A stretch of 64,000 bases of DNA from an uncultured Christensenellaceae bacterium. Lineage in GTDB: Bacteria > Bacillota > Clostridia > Christensenellales > SZUA-584. Under the pieces are notes generated by a model, which did no database searches, was not told the DNA's origin, and saw only the letters and a program-made list of their open reading frames with translations. The DNA lies in the NCBI GenBank assembly GCA_964441275.1, contig CAYTUG010000001.1, forward strand, positions 80,532 to 144,531, given 5' to 3'. How positions within the stretch are numbered: position 1 is the stretch's first letter; each line of letters begins with the position of its first letter. The translations under genes and the position numbers were made by a program. Positions 1-10,177 of the stretch are shown here, piece after piece.

Positions 1-352
1 GCACGCTGCTAATGGCGCGAATACTACTTTTTTCTGTCGTCGTGTCTATTAGTTTTTTCGCTATCGCCTCTGCAAATTGAACCTCACCAATCGGCAATCC
101 CTCCGAATACTGACTGTCAATTACATGATAGTACATTTTTAAATCTACATCATCCTTAAAATTTTGGTTAAAATCCGAAGCCATTGTTACGTTGTTCAAT
201 ATAGCGTGATATTGTAAAGCATATAATATCCCAATTAGCGCAATTGCAACTATTACTATCATCAAAGGAAGCGCAACAATCAGCGTCATTTTCCAAAGAC
301 TACCCTGCAAAGTTTTTCTTATTCTTTTTTCTTTGCGAAAATTTATTTTCAC
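1..352 (-). CDS. Sensor histidine kinase, N-terminal fragment (YesM-like); gene runs off the window start
   Basis: The minus-strand frame is open from GTG 352-350 down to position 1. It has no stop in the window, so it is absent from the ORF track. A GTGA overlap with the stop (351-349) of the upstream response regulator suggests translational coupling. Hand translation: MKINFRKEKRIRKTLQGSLWKMTLIVALPLMIVIVAIALIGILYALQYHAILNNVTMASDFNQNFKDDVDLKMYYHV. That is a basic N-terminus plus a TM helix, the layout of YesM-type kinases. Confidence 0.55.
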   Translation of the reverse strand, partial: MKINFRKEKRIRKTLQGSLWKMTLIVALPLMIVIVAIALIGILYALQYHAILNNVTMASDFNQNFKDDVDLKMYYHVIDSQYSEGLPIGEVQFAEAIAKKLIDTTTEKSSIRAISSV

Positions 353-1965
353 TTTTTATTTTCTTTGCGGTATTCGCTTGGAGTGCAACCGGCAACCTTT
401 CTGAACACAAAGCTAAAATAATGCGGATCTTTGTACCCGACAGCAAACGCAATCTCGCTTGAACGCTTGCACGTTCGGCGCAACATACGTTTTGCTTCTC
501 CAATTCGCTTGTTTGTAAGATACCCCACAAAAGTATCGCCAATTTCCTGACTGAACATTGCCGAGAAATAGTTTGGGCTTATGTTTATTTTTCTTGCCAC
601 TTTATTGAGCGAAATAGTCTCATCCGGGTAATGTTCGTCAATAAATCTGATTGCTTGACTTATCAGATCCCGTCGCTGCTTTTTACTTTCAAGATCGCGC
701 AATTCAATCGCGCGCCATATTACTTGGCGCACATATTGACGTGTTTCTGTTGTCCCCGACACGCTATCCCTTGGCCTGAGCTCAAGCAATAGCAGGCTAT
801 CCTTATTAGAGCTAATAGTTTCAAGGTATTCTGTAACTGCAAGGTAAACTGACATAGTCAAATACCTGCAAAATAGTGGTTGTGAGACAACTTCCTTTCC
901 AGCATTCTGGAATAGCTGTTCAATAAAACGATCTGTTTCTTCTTTTGAACCGCCGCTTACGAAGTTTCGGATTCTTTCCCTGCATATTTCCTTATCGTAT
1001 GTATCTATTCTCGTAAAATCGTCTTTGCGAAAACGCCTAATGCTTTTTTCGGAAAGTATGTTTTCTTCAGGGCAAAGATACCGATAAGACAAAACACGGC
1101 TTGCCTCCGCAAAACAAGCTGGAATAGCGCTTAGGCGCGGCACAGGGGTGCTGCTTGCAATATGCCAATCTACGTCTTGCCCGGCTTTAACGCACCGTTT
1201 TTTAATGTTTTCAACACATTCGCTTGTTATTTCGCCAATATTGTTTTTTTCGCCTTTTATTAAAACAGCATAAGTTGTAACGTTCCATCTAAACAAAATC
1301 AATTCTGGCCGTCTTACAATATATAACATAACTTTATCAATTACAGCCGCAAGCGAATCTAAATAACTTTCCGGTGTGCTTCCATCATATCCCGCACTAC
1401 TTAATGAAAAAAGTACAATATTGTAGAGCGGAGCATTAATAGCAATACCCATCGTTTTCGCGGTTTCAGTGATTTCCAAAACACTCAAGCCGCCAGTAAC
1501 AATTTTTTCGAAAAATCTTCTGCGCGAATAAGTTTCATATTCCTGCGCTTCAAGCTGAAACCTTGCAAGGTATTCTTGTTGTTGCCTTTCCTCATCCATT
1601 TTCTTTTTCAAAGTAACCAAGGTCTCAACCATTTTCTCTTTAACTATCGGCTTTAAAAGGTATTGTTCCACCCCCATATTAATAGCTTGTTGTGCGTAGG
1701 AGAAATCATCGTAACCGCTAATAATAACAATTTTGGTCTTTGGCAACTCATGGCGAATAAGTTCTATTAAAGCCAACCCATTCATGAACGGCATCTTAAT
1801 ATCTGTAATGAGAAGATCCGGCTTGATCTGTCGAATCAAAGGTAATGCTATCTCTCCATCTGAAGCGTCACCGGTATATAAATAGCCATATTGTCCCCAG
1901 TTAATGTAATTTCGTATACCTTCACGCACAACTATTTCATCTTCAACAAGAAAGACCTTAAACAT
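349..1965 (-). CDS. Response regulator with AraC-type HTH output domain (YesN-like)
   Basis: The likely start is ATG 1965 (MFKVFLVEDE), with AAGGGAAG about 7 nt upstream. It has an N-terminal receiver domain (FLVEDE...DLLITDIKMPFMNG) and a C-terminal AraC/XylS HTH (ISLNKVARKINISPNYFSAMFSQE...AFAVGYKDPHYFSFVFRKVAGCTPSEYR). Confidence 0.88.
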   Translation of the reverse strand: MFKVFLVEDEIVVREGIRNYINWGQYGYLYTGDASDGEIALPLIRQIKPDLLITDIKMPFMNGLALIELIRHELPKTKIVIISGYDDFSYAQQAINMGVEQYLLKPIVKEKMVETLVTLKKKMDEERQQQEYLARFQLEAQEYETYSRRRFFEKIVTGGLSVLEITETAKTMGIAINAPLYNIVLFSLSSAGYDGSTPESYLDSLAAVIDKVMLYIVRRPELILFRWNVTTYAVLIKGEKNNIGEITSECVENIKKRCVKAGQDVDWHIASSTPVPRLSAIPACFAEASRVLSYRYLCPEENILSEKSIRRFRKDDFTRIDTYDKEICRERIRNFVSGGSKEETDRFIEQLFQNAGKEVVSQPLFCRYLTMSVYLAVTEYLETISSNKDSLLLLELRPRDSVSGTTETRQYVRQVIWRAIELRDLESKKQRRDLISQAIRFIDEHYPDETISLNKVARKINISPNYFSAMFSQEIGDTFVGYLTNKRIGEAKRMLRRTCKRSSEIAFAVGYKDPHYFSFVFRKVAGCTPSEYRKENKK

Positions 1966-2079
1966 TCTAAATCTTCCCTTCTGCGGCCTGGCTATCATTC
2001 AAAATGAAACTGTATAAAATCTTATTTATTATACATTATATAGTGATAATTAACAAGGTTGTGACTTTGTAGGTTTCTA

Positions 2080-2101
2080 CGTTGTTCAAATGATCTGTTA
2101 C
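2080..2101. repeat. Solo copy of the end sequence of the decayed IS at 54.4 kb
   Basis: cgttgttcaaatgatctgttac (2080-2101) matches cgttgtcaaatgatctgttac (54375-54395) with a single 1-nt indel. The 54.4-kb copy lies just 3' of the transposase pseudogene stop. Similarity decays outside this ~22-30 bp core. Confidence 0.45.
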
Positions 2102-2902
2102 GCTTTGGATGAAGATAGCTACAAAAGCATCAACGTTTGGGTATATTTATTTCTGTTTCAGTTATGAGACTCCTATAATGTTTAGTCAAATGTCGGGAAA
2201 AATATTAGATGACAAAGTGTAAAGAAAGCTTTAGCAAGCCGCTTAACTTATTATTTTTACCTGAACGACATTCATATGAACATTTTAATTGTTCCCATGT
2301 AAATAGATAAACTATATTAAAAAAGTTGGGATAAATACAATTACCAGTAATAACAAGAATAAAAAATCATATTTTAATATATTTTTTGTGTTTAGGCTTA
2401 TCGATTTATGGTGATAAAATAAACAACGACTTTTGATTATTCACTGTTTATATATTTTACGTCTTGTAGAGAGAATAAAACATATATACATGATGATGTA
2501 ATCATGGCTTAGTCATTGTAGTTACCCAACAAGGAATTATCCGCTCTATTTTACTAATAGGCATAGGTCAATAAGAAAAGTCAATACAAAAAAAACGGCA
2601 TGTTGGAAAATGGAGGTATATATAAAAAAGGTAATCGTTTAGCCTGCGTAATGTTGACAATTTAATTAAAAGTATCTTAAATGATATAATAAATTGGCAG
2701 TAAGGCCAAGTTAAAATTAACTCAGCGATTAATTTCTAGTTTGGTTATTGGAATATCTAGAAACAACGAATATGTTATTGTTATACTAATAATATGCGAT
2801 ACTGCGGCCTTTGACGATACTTCAATTGCAAAAACGTCGTCTCGTGGCTAATAATCCAAAATTCCAATTTGAAAAAGGTTACTTAATACACAGGAGGAAG
2901 AT

Positions 2903-5143
2903 ATGTCAATATTTAAGAAACTTAGTACCGGCAATAAAATCGTGTTAGCTTTTTTGCTGATAATTATACTTTTCACAATCGTCGGTTTTGTCGGCGTCGG
3001 CAGTATAAGAAGCATACAAGAAAAAGATAACGCACTGTTTAACAATAACACTCTCGGAATCTCATATTGTGCAGATGCTGCATTAGCATATGAACATATG
3101 CGCTTTAATTTTCTTAGGCTTGGAGCGTCCAAAGATAAAGACGATAAATCCGAGTGCATAAGCAATATTGATAAAAACTTAGAACTAGTGGATTCCTCGC
3201 TAACTAAATATGAGCAAACTATTACTACTGATGAAAACCAAACATTATTTAATGGTCTGATGGAAGACTGGGAACAATATAAAAGTGCAGTTAAAACTTC
3301 AATCGGATATGCCAAGGATAATCTTGGTATTGATTTATCAATGTATACTTCAAATTTTATTCTTATTGGGAAGCGCGTTTTAAGCGATTCTATATACAGC
3401 CAGTTTGAATCATTGTTTACCTACAATAAGACCATGGCGCAACAAGTTAATAATCAGAATAGTGAAGACGGAAAAAGTGCATCTTCATTAATGACTGTTT
3501 TATTAGTAATTGGTACATTAATAGCGCTAACTCTGAGTATATTTTTCAGCAAATCCATAGGTAAAATGGCAAAAAGAACGTCTGTCCAGCTTGACAGTAT
3601 GGCAATGGGCGAAAGTATCGATAATCTTGATATTAATAAATTCAGCGGAGAATTTGTTAGTATTGCCGAAAACGTCAATGCTATGAGCGAGTCTTTAAAG
3701 CACATGGTTAAGGACGCTGATGCTTTAATAAAAGCAGGGCTTTCGGGCGAATTGTCAACACGGACAGACATATCGAAACACAACGGTACTTTCCGTGACA
3801 TTATTAATGGATTTAATGAATCACTTGATGCTTTTATTGCTCCAATTAACGAAACTGTTGCGGTCATTATCAATGAATTTCAAAAAGGCAATCTAAAAGC
3901 ATCCATTAGCGGAGAATACTTTGGAGATCACGCTAGTATAAAAAATGCTCTTAATGATACCATTTCCACCATCAGTAATTATATTAGCGAAATATCCGAC
4001 GTACTGTCAAAAGTAGCGCAAGGAGATCTCACTATCAAGATTGCTTCCGATTATCGCGGAGATTTCATTATTCTCAAAAATTCTATTAATAGTATTATCG
4101 ATTCGTACAATTCGCTTGTTTCCGACATATTAATTGCAGCTAAACAAGTGGCCGCAAATGCTCTTCAAGTTTCCAAGACAAGTCAAATCATTTCCTATGG
4201 TGCTACCGAACAGGCCAGCTCTTTAGAACAGCTTATATCTTCAATGTCGCAAATTGCCTCGCAAACAAAACAAAATGCTGAAGATGCTGTTACAACTAGT
4301 GATTTATCAATTGATTTTAAAAACAGCGCATTAGACGGGAACAGCAAAATGACAGAAATGCAAGACGCAATGAACGATATACGTTCCTCCTCTGAGAACA
4401 TTTCTAAAATAATAAAAGTTATCGATGACATAGCATTTCAAACAAATATACTTGCTTTAAATGCTTCTGTAGAAGCTGCGCGCGCCGGTATCCATGGCAA
4501 AGGTTTCGCTGTGGTTGCGGAAGAAGTACGCAGTCTTGCAGAACGCAGTGCAACAGCTGCTGACAAAACAACCGAACTTATTAAAAGCTCCGTAAATAAA
4601 GTAAAAACCGGGAATACTATAGCAAATGAAACCGCAATCGCATTAAGTAAAATAGTCGAAGGTTCTGAGGCTGCCGTTACCCTTGTCAGCGGAATTGCGA
4701 CTGCCTCTAACCAACAGGCAACAGCAATTGCTCAAATTAACAATGGAATTGAACAGCTGTCTGGAATAATACAAAGCAACTCAGCTTCTGCTCAAGAAAC
4801 GGCTGCCGCAGCAGAAGAGCTTTCCAGCCAAGCGCAAATGCTGCAAAGCATGGTTTTGCGTTTTAAACTAAAAGAAGCAAATGATACTGATATTATTTAT
4901 AATCAGAATGAAATAGAAACGATAACCGAGGAAACAAGAGAAAATGAGCATACTTTAACGAAGGATGACGCGGCGGGTAGTGGACATATTTGTGAGACTA
5001 CGGATAAATTAGAAGAAGGTGAAATTAACGATTCTATACAAAAACCGGTGTCAGATGAAGTTATAATAGCTGCCAATGGTTTAACAGATGTCAAGCCAAA
5101 TAAAAAAACTAACAAACGAAAAAATATAAAACAGATAAAATAA
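2903..5143 (+). CDS. Methyl-accepting chemotaxis protein (N-terminal sensor + TM, HAMP repeats, MA signalling domain)
   Basis: SD caggaggaag lies before the ATG. There is an N-terminal TM ([20 protein letters not shown]) and a second TM. The conserved signalling hairpin is present: [40 protein letters not shown]. The C-terminal tail is acidic then Lys-rich. Confidence 0.92.
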   Translation: MSIFKKLSTGNKIVLAFLLIIILFTIVGFVGVGSIRSIQEKDNALFNNNTLGISYCADAALAYEHMRFNFLRLGASKDKDDKSECISNIDKNLELVDSSLTKYEQTITTDENQTLFNGLMEDWEQYKSAVKTSIGYAKDNLGIDLSMYTSNFILIGKRVLSDSIYSQFESLFTYNKTMAQQVNNQNSEDGKSASSLMTVLLVIGTLIALTLSIFFSKSIGKMAKRTSVQLDSMAMGESIDNLDINKFSGEFVSIAENVNAMSESLKHMVKDADALIKAGLSGELSTRTDISKHNGTFRDIINGFNESLDAFIAPINETVAVIINEFQKGNLKASISGEYFGDHASIKNALNDTISTISNYISEISDVLSKVAQGDLTIKIASDYRGDFIILKNSINSIIDSYNSLVSDILIAAKQVAANALQVSKTSQIISYGATEQASSLEQLISSMSQIASQTKQNAEDAVTTSDLSIDFKNSALDGNSKMTEMQDAMNDIRSSSENISKIIKVIDDIAFQTNILALNASVEAARAGIHGKGFAVVAEEVRSLAERSATAADKTTELIKSSVNKVKTGNTIANETAIALSKIVEGSEAAVTLVSGIATASNQQATAIAQINNGIEQLSGIIQSNSASAQETAAAAEELSSQAQMLQSMVLRFKLKEANDTDIIYNQNEIETITEETRENEHTLTKDDAAGSGHICETTDKLEEGEINDSIQKPVSDEVIIAANGLTDVKPNKKTNKRKNIKQIK

Positions 5144-5371
5144 AATATGTAATTTAAGGGATACCGCAAAGGCTGGGCATAGTCATAAAGAGAATCAAAA
5201 ACGGTTTCACTAAAAACGAGCCTTTTATTCATTGACGATTACAAGCAACAGCTTAATGCCTGCTGATACCGTACGATACCCATGCACCCAGGCAATTCAT
5301 TTTACAACTTACCGCCTATTGTATACATTCTAAAGCATGTTTGATGTTACAATGTTTTAATAATATTAGCT

Positions 5372-5401
5372 TTGGCAAGTAAGACGCATCAATCATATAA
5401 T
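5372..5401 (+). promoter_or_regulatory. Sigma-A-like promoter (TTGGCA - 18 nt - TATAAT)
   Basis: TTGGCA is at 5372-5377 and TATAAT at 5396-5401, about 30 nt upstream of the ORF starting at 5430. Confidence 0.5.
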
Positions 5402-5429
5402 ATACTAAAAGAGTTTTTGCGGTGAAATA

Positions 5430-5693
5430 ATGAAAAATGTGAAAATGCTGCCCGTGCCGTGTTTCGATTTTGACAACAAGTTTGAAGTAGCGCAACCCCA
5501 AAATATAAATCAGTTAGCTTTCAGCCACGACACGGCGGTTTATAACGCCGCGGGCATCGCCAACGTTACAGATTGCGCAACTGCAAGGGCAAATGCTCTG
5601 TTTTCAGGATGCGCCGCTTTGTTTGCAAAACTTGCAAGCAACAGACGCGCTCGATACTTAAAGCCAAGCGGCAAGCCAAACAAACGCGTTTAG
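5430..5693 (+). CDS. Hypothetical small protein (87 aa)
   Basis: ORF in an intergenic gap directly downstream of a near-consensus promoter, with a weak SD (GGTGA). I recognise no motif. The sequence is Ala/Asn-rich with a basic C-terminus. Confidence 0.35.
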   Translation: MKNVKMLPVPCFDFDNKFEVAQPQNINQLAFSHDTAVYNAAGIANVTDCATARANALFSGCAALFAKLASNRRARYLKPSGKPNKRV

Positions 5694-5738
5694 GCCTAAT
5701 AAAAACTTTTTCCGGTAATATCTAAAATCTATCGGTAT

Positions 5739-6578
5739 TCAAACAATTAACGCCTTGGCAAGCTTTAGAAGCCCGCCTTCGAATCTAAGCCCAAAACGCA
5801 AATCGGCACCTGCTTCATGCGTTCTCTGAATGCAGTTTGACGTAAACTCTACCGCAATTTTCAGCGCATTTGCAACGTCCAAACCTTTGAGCATGGCGGC
5901 AATCAATGCGCTCGAAAAAACATCGCCGGCTCCGTGGTAAATCCCCGGCAAGTGCTTGTAGAAAGAATATGTTACAATACCGCTTTTTTTGTCGTAAGCT
6001 GCGGCGCCGATACTGTCTTTGCTAAATCCAGTTCCCGTTATAACAACATAGCGCGGTCCTATTGCGGCTAAACGCACAAGCAACTCTTCAATATATTCTT
6101 TCGTATGCGGACGTTTGCAGTATGGCTCATTTAGCAAAAACGCCGCTTCGGTTATATTCGGAGTTATCAAATCCGCACCGGCACACAGATTTATCATTCC
6201 TTTAGGATAATCGTTGGGTATTGTCTGATACAGAGCGCCGTTATCCGCCATAACCGGGTCTACGGCTATAAACGTCTCTTTTGATCTAAGCTGTACGATC
6301 GCCCGCATGACTATATTTATCTGATCCAAAGCGCCTAAAAACCCAGTATATATTGCATCAAATTCTATTGAAAGTGAACGCCAATGGTTGACAATCGGCA
6401 TTATATCGGCCGTTAAGTCCCTATATGTAAACCCTTCGAACCCTCCGGTATGGGTTGATAACACTGCGGTTGGTATTACGCTGACCTCTATGCCCGCCGA
6501 TGAGATAATAGGCAACGCTGCAGTGAGCGAACATTTCCCAAAGCAGGATAAATCATGTATAGCGACTGCTCTAAGCAT
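5739..6578 (-). CDS. pdxK: Pyridoxal/pyridoxamine kinase (PdxK/PdxY, ribokinase-like fold)
   Basis: Start is ATG 6578 (MLRAVAIHDLSCFGKCSLTAALPIIS), with GGAAGGA 7 nt upstream. The family-typical N-terminus is followed by ...ITPNITEA...GAGDVFSSALIAA (the GxGD anion hole). Confidence 0.82.
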   Translation of the reverse strand: MLRAVAIHDLSCFGKCSLTAALPIISSAGIEVSVIPTAVLSTHTGGFEGFTYRDLTADIMPIVNHWRSLSIEFDAIYTGFLGALDQINIVMRAIVQLRSKETFIAVDPVMADNGALYQTIPNDYPKGMINLCAGADLITPNITEAAFLLNEPYCKRPHTKEYIEELLVRLAAIGPRYVVITGTGFSKDSIGAAAYDKKSGIVTYSFYKHLPGIYHGAGDVFSSALIAAMLKGLDVANALKIAVEFTSNCIQRTHEAGADLRFGLRFEGGLLKLAKALIV

Positions 6579-6797
6579 TGTATTTTCCTTCCGGTCGTAA
6601 TGATAATGCATCAATTATACATCAGAGCGATATAAATATACAAGCATTTGCCAGCCTAAAAAAGCCAATCAACAAATATTAAGTGTGATTTTAGAGTAGT
6701 AATAATCATAAAAATTATTGAGTGACAAAAGGAGGCAGCTAATATATAATCAACTACTGTACGGGTATTATTCTGCATACATTTCGGAGGTTACAGT

Positions 6798-8414
6798 ATG
6801 GATTTGGCGTCTGCATTAAAACTTTTGGGCGGGCTTGCAATGTTCATTTTCGGTATGAAGATGATGTCCGACGGGCTCGAACATGCAGCCGGGGACAGGT
6901 TGCGCCGTATACTTGAAGTTTTAACAGGCAACCGTTTCGCGGCGGTCGGGGTAGGCGCCGGCATGACGGCTTTGGTACAAAGCTCGTCTGCAACAACGGT
7001 AATGGTCGTCGGGTTTGTCAATGCAGGGCTTATGACGCTTTTGCAAGCTACCGGGGTAATAATAGGGGCTAATATAGGAAGCTGCATAACTGCGCAGCTT
7101 ATAGCATTCCAGCTTTCAGACATAGCTCCGCTGATATTGTTTATCGGCATGATACTGACTATTTTCGTTAAAAAGCGCATGGCGTCGCGCATTGGCGAAA
7201 TCGTGCTCGGGTTCGGTTTGCTGTTTGTCGGTATGGCAATTATGTCCGAAACTATGGTACCTCTCAAAAACGATGCTGCTTTCCAAAGCCTTCTGTTAAA
7301 CTTCAACAATCCAATATTCGGCATTTTGATAGGCGCTCTGTTCACCGCTATCATCCAAAGTTCCGCCGCCTCAATAGGAATACTGCAGGCATTCGGAGGG
7401 CTCGGCCTTATAAACCTTAACGCGGCCGCTTATGTTGTACTTGGAACGAACATAGGCACATGCATTACAGCTATACTTGCCGCAATAGGAACCAGCCAGA
7501 ACTCAAAGCGCGCTGCGGGAATACATTTGATGTTCAACATAATCGGCACATTGGTGTTTATGCTCGCATTGATCCTTATTCCCGGAATAATCGAATTTGT
7601 TAAATCGTTTTCCGTTACCGACACTAACAGGCAAATAGCAAACTTTCACCTTTTGTTTAATGTAAGCGTTGCCGTTTTGCTTTTCCCGTTCGCTTCGCTT
7701 ATGGTAAAGCTGGTAAAGCGCATTCTGCCCGATAAACGCACCGATGGCGAGATTGAAAAAAGGCTGGTTTACCTCGATGCGCGGATTGCGCAAACGCCGC
7801 CAATAATTTTAAGCCAGTCGATTAAAGAGCTTGTCCGCATGGGCAAAATTACCGTTGATAACCTTGTGCGCGCTACCGAAGCGTTTTTTGACCGCAGCGA
7901 ACAAAAAGCGCGCAAAGTGCTTGAGGTTGAAACAACAATAGATTACCTAACCCACCATATAACCGAATATCTAATAGAATTCCGCGGAGCAGATATTTCC
8001 GAACACGACCTTAAAGTGTTGGGCAGCCTGCATCATGTGGTAATAGATATGGAACGTATCGGGGATTTGGCTGAAAATATTTCCGAATTTGCGATGTCTT
8101 TAATCGAAAAGAAATCTAAATTCAGTGACGAGGCTTATGCCGAACTGCGTACCATGACGGATAAAACGCTTGAGACGTTGCAAAAAAGCTTAGACACCTT
8201 TACAGAGCGCGATATTTATCTTCTTAACGAAGTGGACAGGCTTGAGCAGGAAGTTGACGATATGAAAACGCAATACCTTGACAACCATATATCAAGGCTG
8301 CAAGGCAAATTCTGCGACCCGCAGACCGGGGTTATATTTACCAATATGGTTTCAACTTTAGAGCGAGTTGCCGACCACGCAACAAATATTGCATATTCAA
8401 TAACAAACAAATAG
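6798..8414 (+). CDS. Na/Pi cotransporter family protein with C-terminal PhoU-like repeats
   Basis: SD cggagg precedes the start. The protein is polytopic, with the duplicated motif QSSSATT / QSSAASIG. The C-terminal half has PhoU-like helices (ERIGDLAENI...ERVADHATNIA). Confidence 0.88.
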   Translation: MDLASALKLLGGLAMFIFGMKMMSDGLEHAAGDRLRRILEVLTGNRFAAVGVGAGMTALVQSSSATTVMVVGFVNAGLMTLLQATGVIIGANIGSCITAQLIAFQLSDIAPLILFIGMILTIFVKKRMASRIGEIVLGFGLLFVGMAIMSETMVPLKNDAAFQSLLLNFNNPIFGILIGALFTAIIQSSAASIGILQAFGGLGLINLNAAAYVVLGTNIGTCITAILAAIGTSQNSKRAAGIHLMFNIIGTLVFMLALILIPGIIEFVKSFSVTDTNRQIANFHLLFNVSVAVLLFPFASLMVKLVKRILPDKRTDGEIEKRLVYLDARIAQTPPIILSQSIKELVRMGKITVDNLVRATEAFFDRSEQKARKVLEVETTIDYLTHHITEYLIEFRGADISEHDLKVLGSLHHVVIDMERIGDLAENISEFAMSLIEKKSKFSDEAYAELRTMTDKTLETLQKSLDTFTERDIYLLNEVDRLEQEVDDMKTQYLDNHISRLQGKFCDPQTGVIFTNMVSTLERVADHATNIAYSITNK

Positions 8415-8452
8415 TTAAATTAAAGTTTGCCGATGCTGTTTTTCGCTTGGGT

Positions 8453-9532
8453 TTATTGTTCTTCGCTTATTGGTGATTCTTGCCTTATGGTCCGCAAACT
8501 TATCAGCGTATAGCCGACACAAACTATGCCAAAAACGCCTATTCCTATCCAACCGACAACAAAACTTTCCGTAACATAAATTATTATCCCTATAAAAGCC
8601 ATAATAAGCTGAAATGCCCCAAGCGCCAACACAACCATCCGCTTGTTTTTTAGCCGCTTTGTTAAATCATGATGCAGGTGATGCCTATCCGGCTGCATTA
8701 TAGACTTTCTTAACAATATGCGCCTCAAAACGGAAATCGTAAGGTCGGCAATAGGAACAATCATTATATATACGGGCACAACAACTTCAATTATGTTTTT
8801 TTGGGATAAGCTCATTATTGTAAGTATGCCAAGCATAAACCCGATAAACATGCTGCCCGCATCCCCCATAAATATTTTGGCGGGGCTGATATTAAAAACT
8901 AAAAAGCCGAGTATAGCACCAAATAATGCAACCGCCGTGGGCAAAGCTAACTGAGTGCGCCCCTGAAGATAGAATATCGCTATAAATGCGGCTACGGATA
9001 TAAGCGAAAGGCAGCTTGCCAGCCCGTCGAGTCCGTCTAAAAAATTTATCGCATTGGTTATCGCTACTATCCAAAATACCACGATGACTGAAATTAACAC
9101 CACAGTTAAAGCATCCGACTCCATCAATCGCGGCGGGAAATAAAATTGAAGGCACCCCACCAACACAATAAGCGCAAGTATAAAAAGCGTTGCAAGCCTG
9201 CGTTTGGGGCTTAACGAAAGTATATCGTCAATAATGCCCATAAGAGTAACGCCCGAAATCCCGATTATAAAGGCGCTGACTATATTTGTTTTAATGCCTT
9301 TAACAAAAAAGACTATGTAAATTACGGTAGCCGCAATTGTAGACAGGTATATTGCGGCACCACCCATTAGCGGTATCGGTGTGGTATGCATTTTACGATT
9401 ATTGGGATAATCAAGTATTTTTAATTTCCGCGAAATGATTATCATTACAGGCGTTAGAATAAGCGAAAGCGCCAATGATATTAACGCGACAAAAAAATAA
9501 TGTTCCATGCTGATTCGGGCACGTACGCCCAT
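8453..9532 (-). CDS. Glycosyltransferase family 4 (MraY/WecA/TagO-like polyprenyl-phosphate sugar-1-phosphate transferase)
   Basis: Multi-TM protein with IIDDILSLSP, NAINFLDGLDGLA and IFMGDAGSMFIGF motifs. AAGAGG lies just upstream of ATG 9532. Confidence 0.85.
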   Translation of the reverse strand: MGVRARISMEHYFFVALISLALSLILTPVMIIISRKLKILDYPNNRKMHTTPIPLMGGAAIYLSTIAATVIYIVFFVKGIKTNIVSAFIIGISGVTLMGIIDDILSLSPKRRLATLFILALIVLVGCLQFYFPPRLMESDALTVVLISVIVVFWIVAITNAINFLDGLDGLASCLSLISVAAFIAIFYLQGRTQLALPTAVALFGAILGFLVFNISPAKIFMGDAGSMFIGFMLGILTIMSLSQKNIIEVVVPVYIMIVPIADLTISVLRRILLRKSIMQPDRHHLHHDLTKRLKNKRMVVLALGAFQLIMAFIGIIIYVTESFVVGWIGIGVFGIVCVGYTLISLRTIRQESPISEEQ

Positions 9533-9623
9533 CGACCTCTTATTTTTCTTTATTATATTTTATCAAAATAATACTGTCAAACATGCGCCGAAAATTTAAT
9601 CCGTACCGCCGTGACTATGCGGT

Positions 9624-9980
9624 TTAAAATGTAATTATCTTATCGCTGTCAATTACCCACTCTGCCAGCGCAGCCATTGTAGATTTTTCAGCCCCCTCAA
9701 AATATGGGTGGTTCTTGTAAATCCCGCATCGCGCCATGCAAGTTCCGCATACCTTAACGCGCACCCCATCAACAATTAGCTCTTTTAGAATTTGCGATAG
9801 ATCCCAATCGTAGTTTTCCGGCGCTTTGCACACATCCCTTGCCATATCTACCGAATCATTCATAAGAAATATTCTAACTTCCTGCCCTTTTTTTCTCAAT
9901 GTTCCGGCAAGCCTTAATCCGTTCCAAGTGATGTCCGTATCATCGTATGGTTTGCGGTTAAATATTATTAAAATCTTCAC
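9624..9980 (-). CDS. DsrE/DsrF-like family protein
   Basis: 118 aa. MKILIIFNRKPYDDTDITWNGLRLAGTL...RIFLMNDSV...KVCGTCMARCGI is the typical DsrE-fold layout. Confidence 0.7.
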   Translation of the reverse strand: MKILIIFNRKPYDDTDITWNGLRLAGTLRKKGQEVRIFLMNDSVDMARDVCKAPENYDWDLSQILKELIVDGVRVKVCGTCMARCGIYKNHPYFEGAEKSTMAALAEWVIDSDKIITF

Positions 9981-10177
9981 TTCGCATTCGCCCCTTCCTT
10001 ACCTTTGCGCTTATTATATCTAACGACGGGCAGTTATACAATAATTGCGAAACAGGATTTATAGCTTGCCGGGGCTTAAAATTTAACGGAAGCTATCGCC
10101 CATATTTATTTTACAGCCCGCCTGTGCAATGCCCGGGCAACTATCTTTAAACAACCGCCAACCAATTTTTTTGGTTT

